Of a stretch of 64,000 nucleotides of DNA, positions 14,971-27,952 are shown piece by piece. The DNA lies in NCBI RefSeq assembly GCF_006345805.1, contig NC_043001.1, forward strand, positions 80,228,001 through 80,292,000, read 5' to 3'. How positions within the stretch are numbered: the stretch's first letter is position 1; every line of letters begins with the position of its first letter. This stretch comes from Octopus sinensis (taxonomy: Eukaryota). The notes below the pieces were generated by a model. It was given only the letters and a program-made list of their open reading frames with translations, ran no database searches and was not told where the DNA came from. Position numbers and translations under genes: made by a program.

Positions 14971-15432
14971 GATGGGCTACAACAAATATTCTTCTCAATA
15001 CCACAGATTTGCTTGTCAGTTGTTTCCCCTAAACCAGTTGACCATGTCCCTTAGTGGCTGACGATATGTGCATCTCTGACCACGAGCATACGTAGTGGGT
15101 GAGTATCATAGCCATGTGTTAAGAGGAATTTTTTGAGGTTTGAATCATTCACTCCTGGAAACATGGGTGTTTCGTTAATCATCCTTAAACAACCCTTATT
15201 CAGGGACCTTTTGAGCGGAATGAGCTACTCGACATGCTAAAAAATTCAACCTGCGCACCATCTGCAAGGTCATGCGCTGTTTATCTTTACATGAGATCAC
15301 TATGTCGCGCACATATGGCTGTGATGCATGTGCTTGGTGTACCCTTATCAGACGTGTAGTCATGATGAGTATATTAGACTTCGTATATTTGTTCCCCAAT
15401 ATCACTTTGATGGCAACACTGCTCTCACTCAA
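14968..15432 (+). mobile_element. Non-coding (TAA)n-associated element (family C), 5'-truncated
   Basis: Reverse-complement match to 18798-19357. Ends 'cactgctctcactcaag aacaataataa'. Confidence 0.8.
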
Positions 15433-15829
15433 GAACAATAATAATTATATATTTATTGCACATATTGGCTTACCACATGAAATTCAAAATATTTTATTGA
15501 ACATGAGTTAGATTATGTGTATATAGGTACGTGTATATGTGTTGGTGTATGTGTTTCTGTGTGCTTGCGTGTGCTTCTTTGTGTGTATATATGTGCGTAT
15601 GTGCATGTCTGTGTGTATGTGTGTGTGTAAGAAGAAAGAAAATGTAAGTACTCGATACCAAAGGTAGACTGTTTTATTTATTGAAGCCAATACCTGTTGG
15701 ATTTGATCATAAGATAAAATATGGAAAATTTTGCACGAAATACGTTACTTTGAATATATCATGAAAACTGGATTAATGATTTTACTGTGGAAATATAATT
15801 GAAAAAATAATAATAAATATTATTTCAAA

Positions 15830-15990
15830 TTTTTGCCACTGGGGCAGCTTGGAGGGGGTGAGTATGAGTCGATTACATCGACCCTAATGCTCAGCTGGTA
15901 CTTAATTTATCGACCCCGAAAGGATGAAAGGTAAAGTCGACCTCGGCAGAATTTGAACTCAAAACATAAAGACAGACTTGCAAACATTTC
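15830..15990 (-). mobile_element. SINE family B fragment
   Basis: 'atcgaccccgaaaggatgaaaggtaaagtcgacctcggcagaatttgaactc' is the reverse complement of the family B body. Confidence 0.7.
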
Positions 15991-16221
15991 TTCCGGTCAC
16001 TGCCTTAATAACAAAAACAACGACGACGACAATGACGGTGATGATAACAACAACTACAAGAAGAACAATAATGCTGATAATACCATTACTACTAATAATA
16101 ATAATAACAATAATAATAATAATAATAATATTGGGGTTCTGTTTTCGTGAATTACTCAATAACTTGAAGACACTAAATATCTATTCTTCCATTCATCGTA
16201 CATTTTCACTACCCCCTTCGC

Positions 16222-16306
<85 letters not shown>

Positions 16307-16906
16307 TCCGTCCCTCCTTCTAAACCTAGGAAACAAAACCCAAAAAAACTAGACCGTTTCAAGTTCCCAGCGGAAATCTTCATGTTTTGATCTCCCCTGG
16401 CCACATTTGTTGCTAGTTTTCATTTGAGAAATGGCGACGGAAGTACTGGCGGCACAGGGTTGGTTATTAATGTAGCAAAAAGACGTAAGAGGTGGGGGAG
16501 AAGTGGGAAGGAGGGAGGATGAACGAAACTATAGAACGGACGTAGCAACGAAATGTGTGTGTGTGTGTGTGTGTATACACAGATACAGAGATACAAATGT
16601 GTATATATATATAAATGTGTGTATATATAACTATATATATATGTGTGTATGCATGTATGTCCACATATATATTATATGCATATACATGTGTATACATGTA
16701 AATGCATGTAATTACATATATATATTTATATATAGACACATGTAATATTATATTTGATATGTATATATGCATGTATGCATATAATATACATATATATGTA
16801 TATACATATGTATGTATATACATATATGTGCATATATACACACACGCATATACATGTATGTGTATATATATATATATTATATATATATATAATATATATA
16901 TATATA

Positions 16907-16965
<59 letters not shown>

Positions 16966-16974
16966 CATACATAC

Positions 16975-17017
<43 letters not shown>

Positions 17018-17778
17018 GAGAGAGAGAGAGAGTGACATACAGAGAGAGACAGCGAATTTGTGTATATGCGTGTGAAGAAGGAAGAGAAGAGAAGCAAGAA
17101 GCAGAAGATGGAAAGTACGAGAAGGGGGGGGAGAAGAAAAGAATGGAAAGAAAGAAAAAGAAAAGGAAGAAAAAGGGAAAGAAAGTGGTGGTAGTTGTGG
17201 TGGGTGTACAGATAGGATTTATCGATGAAGATTGGCGATGGAATAGTTTGCTGGTTGTTATTTTCATTAGCGAAAGCCAACACTCACCAACAGCCAGTAA
17301 AGCTCTGAATGCCGTACATGCTTCACCAACTGTACACTATCAGCTTACATGATATAATTAAGCTAATGCAGATGCAATTTCCCATGCACCATAAATCAGC
17401 ATCTACGTGTTCACTTCTTGCTCTGTTGCAACTTCCACACTGGTAGTTTTGGGAACGGACAAGAGTCCTCTTGCTGCGGCCTTGATGTTAACAAGCATCA
17501 ACATCGATATCAGCATCAGCATCAGCATCAGCATCAGCATCAACAGTAGTAACTGATATATTAAAACCGTTGCTGCCGTTGTTGTTGTGGATGTATTTGT
17601 TGCTGTTGTTGCTGTTGCTGTCGCTGCTGGTGGCGCAGCATTAAATGTATATATTATATATATGTGTGTGTGTGAATGTGTGTGTGTGTGTGTGTGTGTA
17701 TGTGTGTGTGTATGTATGTATTTATGTATGTTTGTTTGTATGTATATGTATATATATACATAATTATATATACAATTT

Positions 17779-17818
<40 letters not shown>

Positions 17819-18797
17819 TATAGATATTTATCATATACGTACGCTATATATACAATTTATATGTACATATCTAAATACGTATACATAAGTTTATATATAC
17901 ATACAGGCATACAGGTATACATACACACACATATTCATAAATACATGCATGCACACATACATATATGCATGCATACATACATATATACATACATACACAC
18001 ATACATGCATACATACATACATACATACATACATACATACATACATACATACATACATACATACATACATACATACATACATACATACATGCATACATTT
18101 TGATTGACTGTGGTAATAGTTCTAAAGCGTATATTTTTCATAAAACTGTTACTGACTGAAATTTTATATCATTTATAGATCAATTCCTTTCATTTAGAAA
18201 TATAAAATCGATATAACAGAAATTTACTCTACATCAAATATGTGGCACAACCAAAGAACTTATATTAGAGGGGATTCTGCAATAAAATTTTGAAAAAACA
18301 AATTGGTTTCACTTTCATTTCGCATAAGTTGTTTGTTTATTTGTTGAATTTTTCGCGTTACTCTTCATATTTTACAGATTTCAAGTAAAATCTGTAAATG
18401 CCAATCCATTCACGATTCCTTTCAACATATTAGAAAGATTGCTTCAAATTTAATGTTGTTCCAATATTTGGCAAGATTAAGGAAGCATGGTTGTGGATTG
18501 ACAGAAACTTTAATGTACAAGACTCTTTCATAGTTGCATCGTTACACTCCCTTTATTTCCTGAGCTAAAATTTCAGTTTATTTTTCTTTTGTTTGTTTTT
18601 CTATACATTTCACTTTCATCCCTCCTGAGAGTTGGCAGAATCGGTGGAGTATCAATTCGGTAGGTACCAGGAATGTAATGAGGTAGATTAAATAGATTAT
18701 ATACACCAACACTTCTCCAAATTAATGGACATGAGCCAAAGTCAGAAATCAACATTTAACAGATCTTTCACACTTTGTATCTTTATTATTATTATTA

Positions 18798-19357
18798 TTG
18801 AGTGAGAGAGCAGTGCATGCCATCAAAGTGACACTGGGGTAAAATATACGAAGCCCAGTACACCCATCACGACTACCTGTCTGATAAGGGTACACTAGGC
18901 ACATGCATCATAACTATATGTGTGCGACATGGTGATCTCATATCAAGATAAACGGCACATGATCTTGCAGGTGGAGCCCAGTTGGAATTTTTTCCTTGTC
19001 GAGTAACCCATCCCGCTCCAAAGGCCCCTGAATAAGGATTGTTTATGGATGCTGAACGAAACACCCATGTTTCTTGAGGTAAATTATTCAAACCCCAAAG
19101 AATCCCTCTCGACACATGGCTGTGATGCTCCCCCACTACTTCTGCTCGTGATCAGAGATGCACATATCGTCAGCCACTAAGGGACATGGTCAACTGGTTA
19201 AGCTCAAACATCTGACAAGCAAATCTGTAGTATTGAGCAGAATATTTGCTGTAGCCCATCCTTTTATACCAAGACAAAACAATGTACATAATAACACATC
19301 CAAACAGTTAGGATTAGAAGCCACGAGAGCCACTGCCTGGTACTGCATCAGGGCAAT
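18798..19357 (-). mobile_element. Non-coding (TAA)n-associated element (family C), longest copy (~560 bp)
   Basis: (TTA)n on both sides; no long ORF; same terminus as the other three copies. Confidence 0.85.
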
Positions 19358-19416
19358 GGGGGACCGTCCGGGATTATTATTATTATTATCATTATTATTA
19401 TTATTATTATTATTAT

Positions 19417-19463
<47 letters not shown>

Positions 19464-19548
19464 TTGTTATTGTTGTTGTTGCTCTATTTCTTCTTCTTCT
19501 TCTTCTTCTTGTTTTTGGTGTTAGTGTTGTTGTTGCTGCTACTGCTGT

Positions 19549-19586
<38 letters not shown>

Positions 19587-19599
19587 AACCATCATCATT

Positions 19600-19650
<51 letters not shown>

Positions 19651-20392
19651 TATATATTATATATATATATATTGTTAAATTACTCGGGAACAAATAGTGA
19701 AATATGTTAATATGTCGTGAGGAGACAGATATCCAAGTTTCTCACAGAAAGCCTTCGTCGGATAATGGAGACATACTTCATTTTTGATAATTTATTTAAA
19801 TTTTTGTTTGTTTGTCTGTTCTCTTCTCTTTTTGCCTGTTAATGAATTGAAGTTTGCCGACGCAGAACGCTATAATTAATCTTTCCAAGAATTCTGTTAA
19901 TTATAGCCAATTGTTTAATTGTTTGGTTTTCTTCGACTCTACTCGACAACTTGCCTCGCTAACTGATTATAGTTTGATATATTTTTTTAATACATCCTGT
20001 TTGAAATACCTTGTACACCGTCTAAGCCTCCATATTGACTGACAAATTCCAACATCTCGTGTTTGTTTAATTCAGTTCAACTTAATTTATTATGGCTGTG
20101 ATTTTTACAATGGAATTTGAGGGGTTTTTTTTTATTTGTCTTTTTGGTCGTGGTAGGCATGGCAGAAAGTACAATAACGATAACATATGCATGCGTTCTC
20201 TGCCTGCTGATGAAATGACGATAACCAAGGAACCTAATTTTAATTCTTGTAATTAAGTAAACGTGGTTAAAGTTACCTAGCGTCCAAGTGGCGTTGTTGT
20301 TATTGTTGATGTTGTTGTTTGACATAACGTTATACATCCGCTCATCAAAGAAACCTATTTCATCTCCAAATATAATGGAAAAATATATATCG

Positions 20393-20545
20393 TGGCTGTG
20401 TGGTAATATGCTTGTTTCCCAACCACATGGTTCCAGGTTCAGTTCCACTGCGTGGCACCTTGGGCAAGTGTCTACTATTATAGCCACGCGCCGACCAAAG
20501 CCTTGTGAGTGGATTTGTTGACGGAAACTGAAAGAAACCCGCCAT
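20393..20545 (+). mobile_element. SINE family A, 5' part
   Basis: 'ggctgtgtggtaatatgcttgtttcccaaccacatggttccaggttcagttccactgcgtggcaccttgggcaagtgtc'. Confidence 0.75.
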
Positions 20546-20613
20546 GTGACCGCGTGTGTATCGTTGGCAATTTTCTTTTTCCGTCTTTCCTTCCTTGGGC
20601 CTTTCCTTTTTCT

Positions 20614-20653
20614 ATGTTTCTGACGAAGAGCTCCGCTTGAAACGTTAAATCAT
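20614..20653 (+). ncRNA. Minimal type I hammerhead motif in a pLTR-like fragment (about 20546-20746)
   Basis: atgttt CTGACGA a gagc-tcc-gctt GAAA cg UU aaatcat. Stem III is reduced to the ACGU palindrome. Confidence 0.7.
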
Positions 20654-20886
20654 TCTTCTTTCCTTTCCTGGGCGTCCTGTAACACTATACTTGTTCCACG
20701 TCCTCGCGTTGTTGTGTATTCTCTTTGTTTATGTTTGGATTAACTATTTCCCATAATTGCACTACCCCCTATTGAGACTTCTATCCTTCAATGTTGAAGA
20801 GTCTCCCCTTGACCGATGTAAACTCCACCTATTTCGTGTGTGTTGTATCTCGTCCTTTGATATTTTCCTCCACGTCGCCAAGTAAT

Positions 20887-20939
20887 AAGTGTCCCCGCCT
20901 GTCATGCGGGAGACCGAGGTTCGATTCCCCGCTGGGGAG
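20887..20939 (+). pseudogene. tRNA-Asp(GTC) 3' fragment
   Basis: 'ccccgcctgtcatgcgggagaccgaggttcgattccccgctggggag' matches the eukaryotic tRNA-Asp anticodon arm, T arm and 3' acceptor strand. The 5' acceptor strand and D arm are missing. Confidence 0.8.
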
Positions 20940-21160
20940 GCATTAATATTGTTCCAGGCAAAACATTTAGCAGCATTTCCTTCGTCCTTACGTTCTGAGC
21001 TCAAATTCTGCCGAGATTGACTTTGCCCTTCATCCTTTCGGAGTCGATGAAACAACTACCTGTTATGCACTGGGGTGGATGTGATCAACTTAAACCTACC
21101 CCAAGATTTCAGGCTTTCTGCCTATAGTTGAAAGGATTATCATCATATTCATCATCATCA

Positions 21161-21243
<83 letters not shown>

Positions 21244-21257
21244 GTTATTATTATTAT

Positions 21258-21747
21258 TTAGTGACAGTGCAGAGCATACCATAATGTGACACTGGGGTCC
21301 AAATTTATGAAGCTCAATACACCCATCATGATTACCTGGTCTGATAAGAGTACACCAGGAACATGAATCAGTTAGAATGGCGCTCATTTAGGTTGAGTAT
21401 CCCATTCCGCTCAGAAGGTCCTTCAATAAGAGTTGTTTAAGGATGATGAACGAAACACCCATGTTTCTAGAGGTGAGTTATTGAAGCCCCAAAGAATTCT
21501 TCTCAACATACGGCTATGGTGCTCCCCCTACTACACCTGCTCATAATCAGATATGCACATATGCTCAGTCACTAAGGGACATGCTCAACTGGTTAAGATC
21601 AAGCAGCTGAGAAGCAAATCTGTGATATTGTGCAGAATATTTGCTGTTGCCCATATTTTATATCAAGACAAAAACATATACATGATAGCATTTCAACACA
21701 GTTAAAATCAGAAACTATGAGAGCCATTGCCTGGTACTGTATCAGAG
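21258..21747 (-). mobile_element. Non-coding (TAA)n-associated element (family C), diverged, internally deleted
   Basis: Colinear with 18798-19357 and adjacent to (TTA)n at about 21165-21257. Confidence 0.75.
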
Positions 21748-24386
21748 TTTATATAATCATCATCATCATCATCATTACCGTCGTCGTCGTCATAATCATC
21801 AGCATCATCAGCATCATTGTCATCACCATCATCATCGTATTTATTGTTTCTCAGCTTCGCTGTTAATGTCTATTTTGTATGTGTTATTTCCATGTTTGTT
21901 CAAATGTATTCGTGTATGTCTCTTTTCAATAATATCAAAACCATTCTCTATCGATTATTACACAAACTGTTGCATGGATTCTCCATTTCACTTAAATTTA
22001 TGTCATTAATTTGCTTCGTTATTACTTCCAATTCTGATGGAAACCTTTTCTTTTCTCATTCTTCTTGGAAGGGATCCATATTATACGATATCCTGCACAT
22101 CTGTGACCTATCTCAAGTTAATATAACTTTTATTTCTTCAAATTTCGAGAAGGGATTTCATTATAATAGCCGTATGACTTCATCTATTTATTTCGATTTT
22201 TCACTGTAGATTTAGTTTTGCTATTCTTCCTCTAGAATTATTTCTCCAGGCTCCAATGTTGTTCTCAGTTTCAGTTATAATTTACCCAATCATAGAACAT
22301 TTATCTTTCATGCTTCTTCAATATATATATATATATATTGAAATCTTGCTTTAAATGTTTTCGTGCTTATCTATCGTTAAAATATTATTTTGATAAATAT
22401 TCTCTCTTGCGTTCGATAATCGAATATGAACAATTCCGAATTTTACAATAGGATTCGATTTTTACCAAAAGCCGTATATTTGTTCTCGTTATGTTATTTT
22501 TTAATTATTGTGTTTGCTTTCTTTTATTTATTTATCTTTCTGTGAGTGTTATTTATTTTATCGACCTAGAGAGAGAAGAAAGGAACAGCCGCCTTCGGTA
22601 GTATTTGAACTCATAATTAAATTCTGCAAGCTACATTGCTTGGCAATCTAATGCTTCTAAAGCTAATAATAGTTTATTTGCTACTGCTACTGCTCATAAT
22701 GATGATGATGATGATGATGATGATAATAATAATAATAATAATACTTTCTACTGTAGGCACAAGGCCAGAAACTTTGGAGATGCTCAACTGGTACTTTTTT
22801 TTTATCGAACCAGAAAAGATGAGGGGCAAAGTCGATTTCAACGGAATTTGAACTCATAATGTAAAGCGGGCAGAAATGCCGCTAAGCAATTTTTCTGACA
22901 CGCCAACGATTCTGCCAGCTCACAGATTCTTCTAAAGCTAGCAATAATGACTTGTTAAACAGTCTCAAACATATTGTGCTTGCGATATATTCGGTTTAAT
23001 CGACTCCAACAAAATTTGGCTGGTATTTTATTCTATCGACCCTGGCGAGGTATATACATAGTTTATGGCAGAAACTTCCACTATTAGAATGAGTATGCTC
23101 AGCTTATATTGCAGTCAACTATGTTCGTTGTCACCTCATAAAAACAGCAATGGAATAGATTAAAATATGGGATGACTGAAGAGTTTACTTTTTGTTTGTT
23201 AAGTTGTTTCGAGTTAGAGAAGGTTGAAAATGTCACTATATAAGATATATGAGATCTAAGCTGTAAACGTATCAAATTGAAAAATAATTGGTTTACCGTA
23301 AACTCGAAGAAATCTTCAACGACAAATCTATAAACAACATACCCTCCGCCTAACGTGAGTTTCTCAATATAAAGTAGATGATTAATAGAAGGAGATATAG
23401 TTAACACTATTGAAATTATTACGGTAACTATTTATGCATATTAGTGTTTTTACGCTGATGTTCCTGAATGAAGAAATAAAACATTCCTATTGATATGTAT
23501 TTATTTAAAAAGATCTCAGCTCAAATATGTTTGAGATATTTGAATCTGCAAAAAGGCTTTCTAGTGCATTTTGTCATGGAGAAGTAAAGTAATGAGGAGA
23601 AATATGTGTAAAAACGCTATAGTAAGATCAGAGTACCCTCTATTGAACTGGCGGGTGCATGCATTTCGAATTAATCTTCTCTCAGCTGCAGATACCAAAG
23701 GGAAGCAACTTTGAACTAAGAAACGAGGTTTCTCTTATAAGAAACCAATTAAAGTTATTGACTGGAGGCGCATTAGTTTCTTCGATAATTTCAAAGCGAG
23801 TTGCCTCACTGTGGTATCTTGTGCTAATTAGAAGGAAGCTGCTTCGAAATGTGCGCATGCATTAGTCAGAAGGGGGCGCTCTGAACTTACCATAGTGTTT
23901 TACAACCATTTTGTCACAGCATTTTTGTGGGTTCATACAACTTTCAAACATAATTGAACTGGTATCAAATTTATTTTCGGCTCAATCACTGCTTAACGCA
24001 TCAGCTCATGTTTATATTCCTCCTTAAAAGTAACAATTATAAATTCTTAAGTGAAGCTTGGACAAGCACGGCCATGATTTGACTGTCAGGAGACAGAAGA
24101 GTCCACGGCATATTCAAATTATTTTGCACAGCTGACAAATACCAGCATTGCAATGTATCTCCGAATTTTAGTCAATCCAGTTTCTTGTAAAACCAAGGCT
24201 TTAATTATAATCATCGCTGATGGAGCGCAAATAACACCCACGTTTTCCTTAAATGCTATGGATTCGTGTCTGACCACCTGGTATCTATTAAAAGTGAGAA
24301 CCTGCTTTTTCAGAAGCAAAGTAAATCTTAATTAATAGAGCCTACAGCCAAGTTTTAGCTATACTTCTGCAGATTATGTGTATGTG

Positions 24387-24762
24387 GGACTCCATCGGTT
24401 ACGACGACGAGGGTTCCAGTTTATCCGATCAATGGAACAGCCTGCTCACGAAATTAACGTGTAAGTGGCTGAGCACTCCACAGGCACGTGTACCCTTATC
24501 GTAGTTCTCCGGGAGATTCAGAGTGACACAGTGTGTGACAAGTTTGGTCCTTTGAAATACAGAAATAACAGAAACAGGAAGAAAGAGTGAGAGAAAGTTG
24601 TGGTGAAGAAGTACAGCAGGGTTCGCCCCCATCCCCTCTCGGAGCCTCGAGGAAGTTTAGGTATTTTCGCTTAATAAACACTCACAACACCCGGTCTGGG
24701 AAGCCGCGATCCAACAACCGCAAGTTCGCTGCCCTAACCACTGGGCCATTGCGTCTCCACGC
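24387..24762 (-). mobile_element. tRNA-derived SINE, window family D, near full length
   Basis: Minus-strand head 'gtggagacgcaatggcccagtggttagggcagcgaacttgcgg' is tRNA-like (A box). Tail 'ctggaaccctcgtcgtcgtaaccgatggagtccc'. Confidence 0.8.
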
Positions 24763-25139
24763 AGACTACACAAACTGCTTAGTATTGAACATATACATTA
24801 AAAGCTGTCTCATTTCTGATCATATTTCAAACGATATCAGTTAACCCAAATTTGTGCGGTGGCACTTTCCAGTTAAGTGCCGATTATGTCTTTTATGGTT
24901 CATTTGTTCCATTCGGCTGCGGTCATACTGGGGCACCACTTAAAGTGTTTTAACCGAATATATCGATCTTAGTAAATATTTTTAAGTCTGGTACTTATTC
25001 TGTTGGTCTCTCAGGTTGAACTGCGATGTTAACGGGGCGTAGATAAGCCAGAACCGGTAGTCACGCGGTAGTGACTGACAAACACAGCACAAACCACCAC
25101 ACATACATGTATATATATGTGTGTGTGTGTGTATGTATG

Positions 25140-25219
<80 letters not shown>

Positions 25220-25619
25220 GTATGGTATGTATATATATATATATATGTAAGACAGGCGTCTTTCAGTTTCTATCTACTAGAAGCATTTAGCAAGGCTTAC
25301 TCAGCCTGAAACGATTGTAGAAGACACGCGCCAGTCCCAATGCCACGCCTACAACTATTTAGAAGGTGTATACACGTGGTAAGAAGTTTGGTCCCGACCA
25401 CATAGCTACGAGTTCAATCCTACTGCATGGCACCTCGGACACATATCTTCTACAATAGCCGCGGGCTGGCCAAAGCCTCATGATTGGATTTGCTGGATGG
25501 AAACTGAAAGAAACCGGTCGCATGTATGTGTGCATGAATATATATATATATATATAATGATATTAGGGAGTAAGTCCAAACTTACAGGGAATTAAATCTA
25601 ATTTTACAGTATAAATATA

Positions 25620-26644
25620 TATATTAAATTAGAGATAAAACCACTATTAGGCAAATCAAACAGTGAAAAACATAAACCAAAACATAGAAATAAATTAATT
25701 AATATAATATACGAAATATATAAATTATAAAATTCAAAATTTAAATTATTTAAATTTAAAGTTAAAATTAAATTTTTTTTTTAATTATTAATTTATAGGT
25801 ATAAATTTTTATATATATACACAAATATATATATATATATAGGCGCAGGAGTGTATATATATATATATATATATATATAGGCGCGGGTTCAGTCCCACTG
25901 CGTGGCATCTTGGGCGAGTGTCTTCTGCTATAGCCCCGGGCCGACCAATGCCTTGTGAGTGGATTTAGTAGACGGAAACTGAAAGAAGCCTGTCGTATAT
26001 ATGTATATATATGTATATATGTGTATGTATGTGTTTGTCCCCCTAGCATTGCTTGACAACCGATGCTGGTGTGTTTACGTCCCCGTCACTTAGCGGTTCG
26101 GCAAAAGAGACCGATAGAATAAGTACTGGGCTTACAATGAATAAGTCCCGGGGTCGATTTGCTCGACTAAAGGCGGTGCTCCAGCATGGCCGCAGTCAAA
26201 TGACTGAAACAAGTAAAAGAGTAAAGAGTAAAGAGTATATATATATTATTATTTTTATTTCTATTATAATTTTTATTTTTATCTTTTTTAAATTATATAT
26301 TTATTTATTTTATTTTTTTTTAAATACATATAACTATCAAAAAGTATTAAAAAGTTTAATATAAGATAAAATTAAAACAACTACGATTGTTTCATGCCCA
26401 TAACCTAATTCGAATAACAATAATTTAAATTATAACCATAATTCGAATTACTAATTGAATTTAAATTATTGTTATTTGAATTAGGGTATGGGCGTGAAAC
26501 GATCGTAGTGGTTTTAATTTTTATCTTATATTAAACTTTTTAATACTTTTTGATAGTTATATATATTTGAAAAAATAAATAATAATGAATATATAATTTT
26601 AAAAAGAAGGATAAAATTAAATTATATCAAAGTTAATAATGAAT

Positions 26645-26687
<43 letters not shown>

Positions 26688-26930
26688 ATATATATATATA
26701 TATAATATATCTAATATATATATATATATATATATAATATATAAAAATTTATAATATAAATTAAAATTTAAAATTTTTTTTTTAATTTTAACTTTAATTT
26801 AAATAATTTAAATTTTGAATTTCACATGTTATATATTTTGTATATTATGTTAATTAATTTATTTCTATGTTTTGGTTTATGTTTTTCACTGTTTGAGTTG
26901 CCTAATAGTGGTTTTTATCTCTAATTATAT
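25620..26930. repeat. Large AT-rich imperfect palindrome centred at 26444/26445
   Basis: Centre 'taattcgaatta'; 26413-26431 pairs with 26458-26476; 25625-25785 pairs with about 26765-26925. The left arm is interrupted by a SINE. Confidence 0.85.
25839..26236 (+). mobile_element. SINE family A inserted in the palindrome's left arm
   Basis: 'taggcgcaggagtg' head, body 'gccttgtgagtggatttagtagacggaaactgaaagaagcc', tail 'gaaacaagtaaaagagtaaagagt'. Confidence 0.85.
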
Positions 26931-27015
26931 ATATATATATATTCTGAAAATCCTATGTATTAACGTGCGAAACTTAGAGTAGCAACAGAATTAGCTCGAA
27001 TAAAATAAACGTTTT

Positions 27016-27172
27016 ATTAATCTCTTCTATGATGTCGATTATGCTTTCACCCAATAGCCAACGCCAGACGAACGCACACACACACACACATCAATACATA
27101 CATACATACATACATACATACATACAACAATACATACATACATACATGCATGCATGCATCCTACATACATAC

Positions 27173-27237
<65 letters not shown>

Positions 27238-27291
27238 GTCTGGCGTTGACTATTCGTAGAAAGCGTAATTGACACCCTAGAAGAGATTAAT
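27016..27291. repeat. 57-bp inverted repeats (27016-27072 / 27235-27291) enclosing a compound microsatellite
   Basis: 'attaatctcttctatgatgtcgattatgctttcacccaatagccaacgccagacgaa' versus the reverse complement of 'ttcgtctggcgttgactattcgtagaaagcgtaattgacaccctagaagagattaat'. Confidence 0.8.
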
Positions 27292-27921
27292 TGTATAGCT
27301 ATTTATTTGTTAAATTATATATTGGTTTTCCACATATTCTATTACTCAACCACTTTTTTTGTATTAGAACACCCATATAACCCACATTTTAAATGACAGA
27401 TAATTGCTAATTGTACAATTATTTATTATAATAATCATTATATAAACCATATTTAACACCAATATATAAATGTAAATATAAATATATATATAAAAATATA
27501 AGTATAAATATAGGTATTGATTCAACTTATTGATCTCTTAATCTTGTAATTATACCCTTCAATAATTTGCTTTAATTTTTCTTCAAACCTTACTGCTAAT
27601 CTATAATATCTAACTAATTGTTGAATAGAATATAAATATAATTAACATTAAATAAACCCTAAATCTATGTATTTTTTAAATACAAACCCATTTTTACATA
27701 AATCTTGCATTTTGAAAGCTTTACTGTTTGTTTTTATTTTTATAAAATATAATCCTGCATCTATGACTATTGGTACTTTTTATATATTTCAATATATAAA
27801 TATGAGCATTTAAACTACACGTACGTGTTGATATCTATTTTATCCATATATCTTATTACTAGAATGACACAAGCTATTTTTCATTTTTAAATATCGAATG
27901 ACATGATTAAACACACACACA

Positions 27922-27952
<31 letters not shown>

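Noticed and set aside
19715-19780. Possible minus-strand hammerhead (CCGACGA...GAAA)
   Set aside because: Core is altered and stems II and III do not form convincingly.
20887-20939. Functional tRNA-Asp gene
   Set aside because: The 5' third is missing, so there is no A box or acceptor stem.
23891-24022. Minus-strand exon with gtaagt donor
   Set aside because: Stops in all three frames from the best acceptor.
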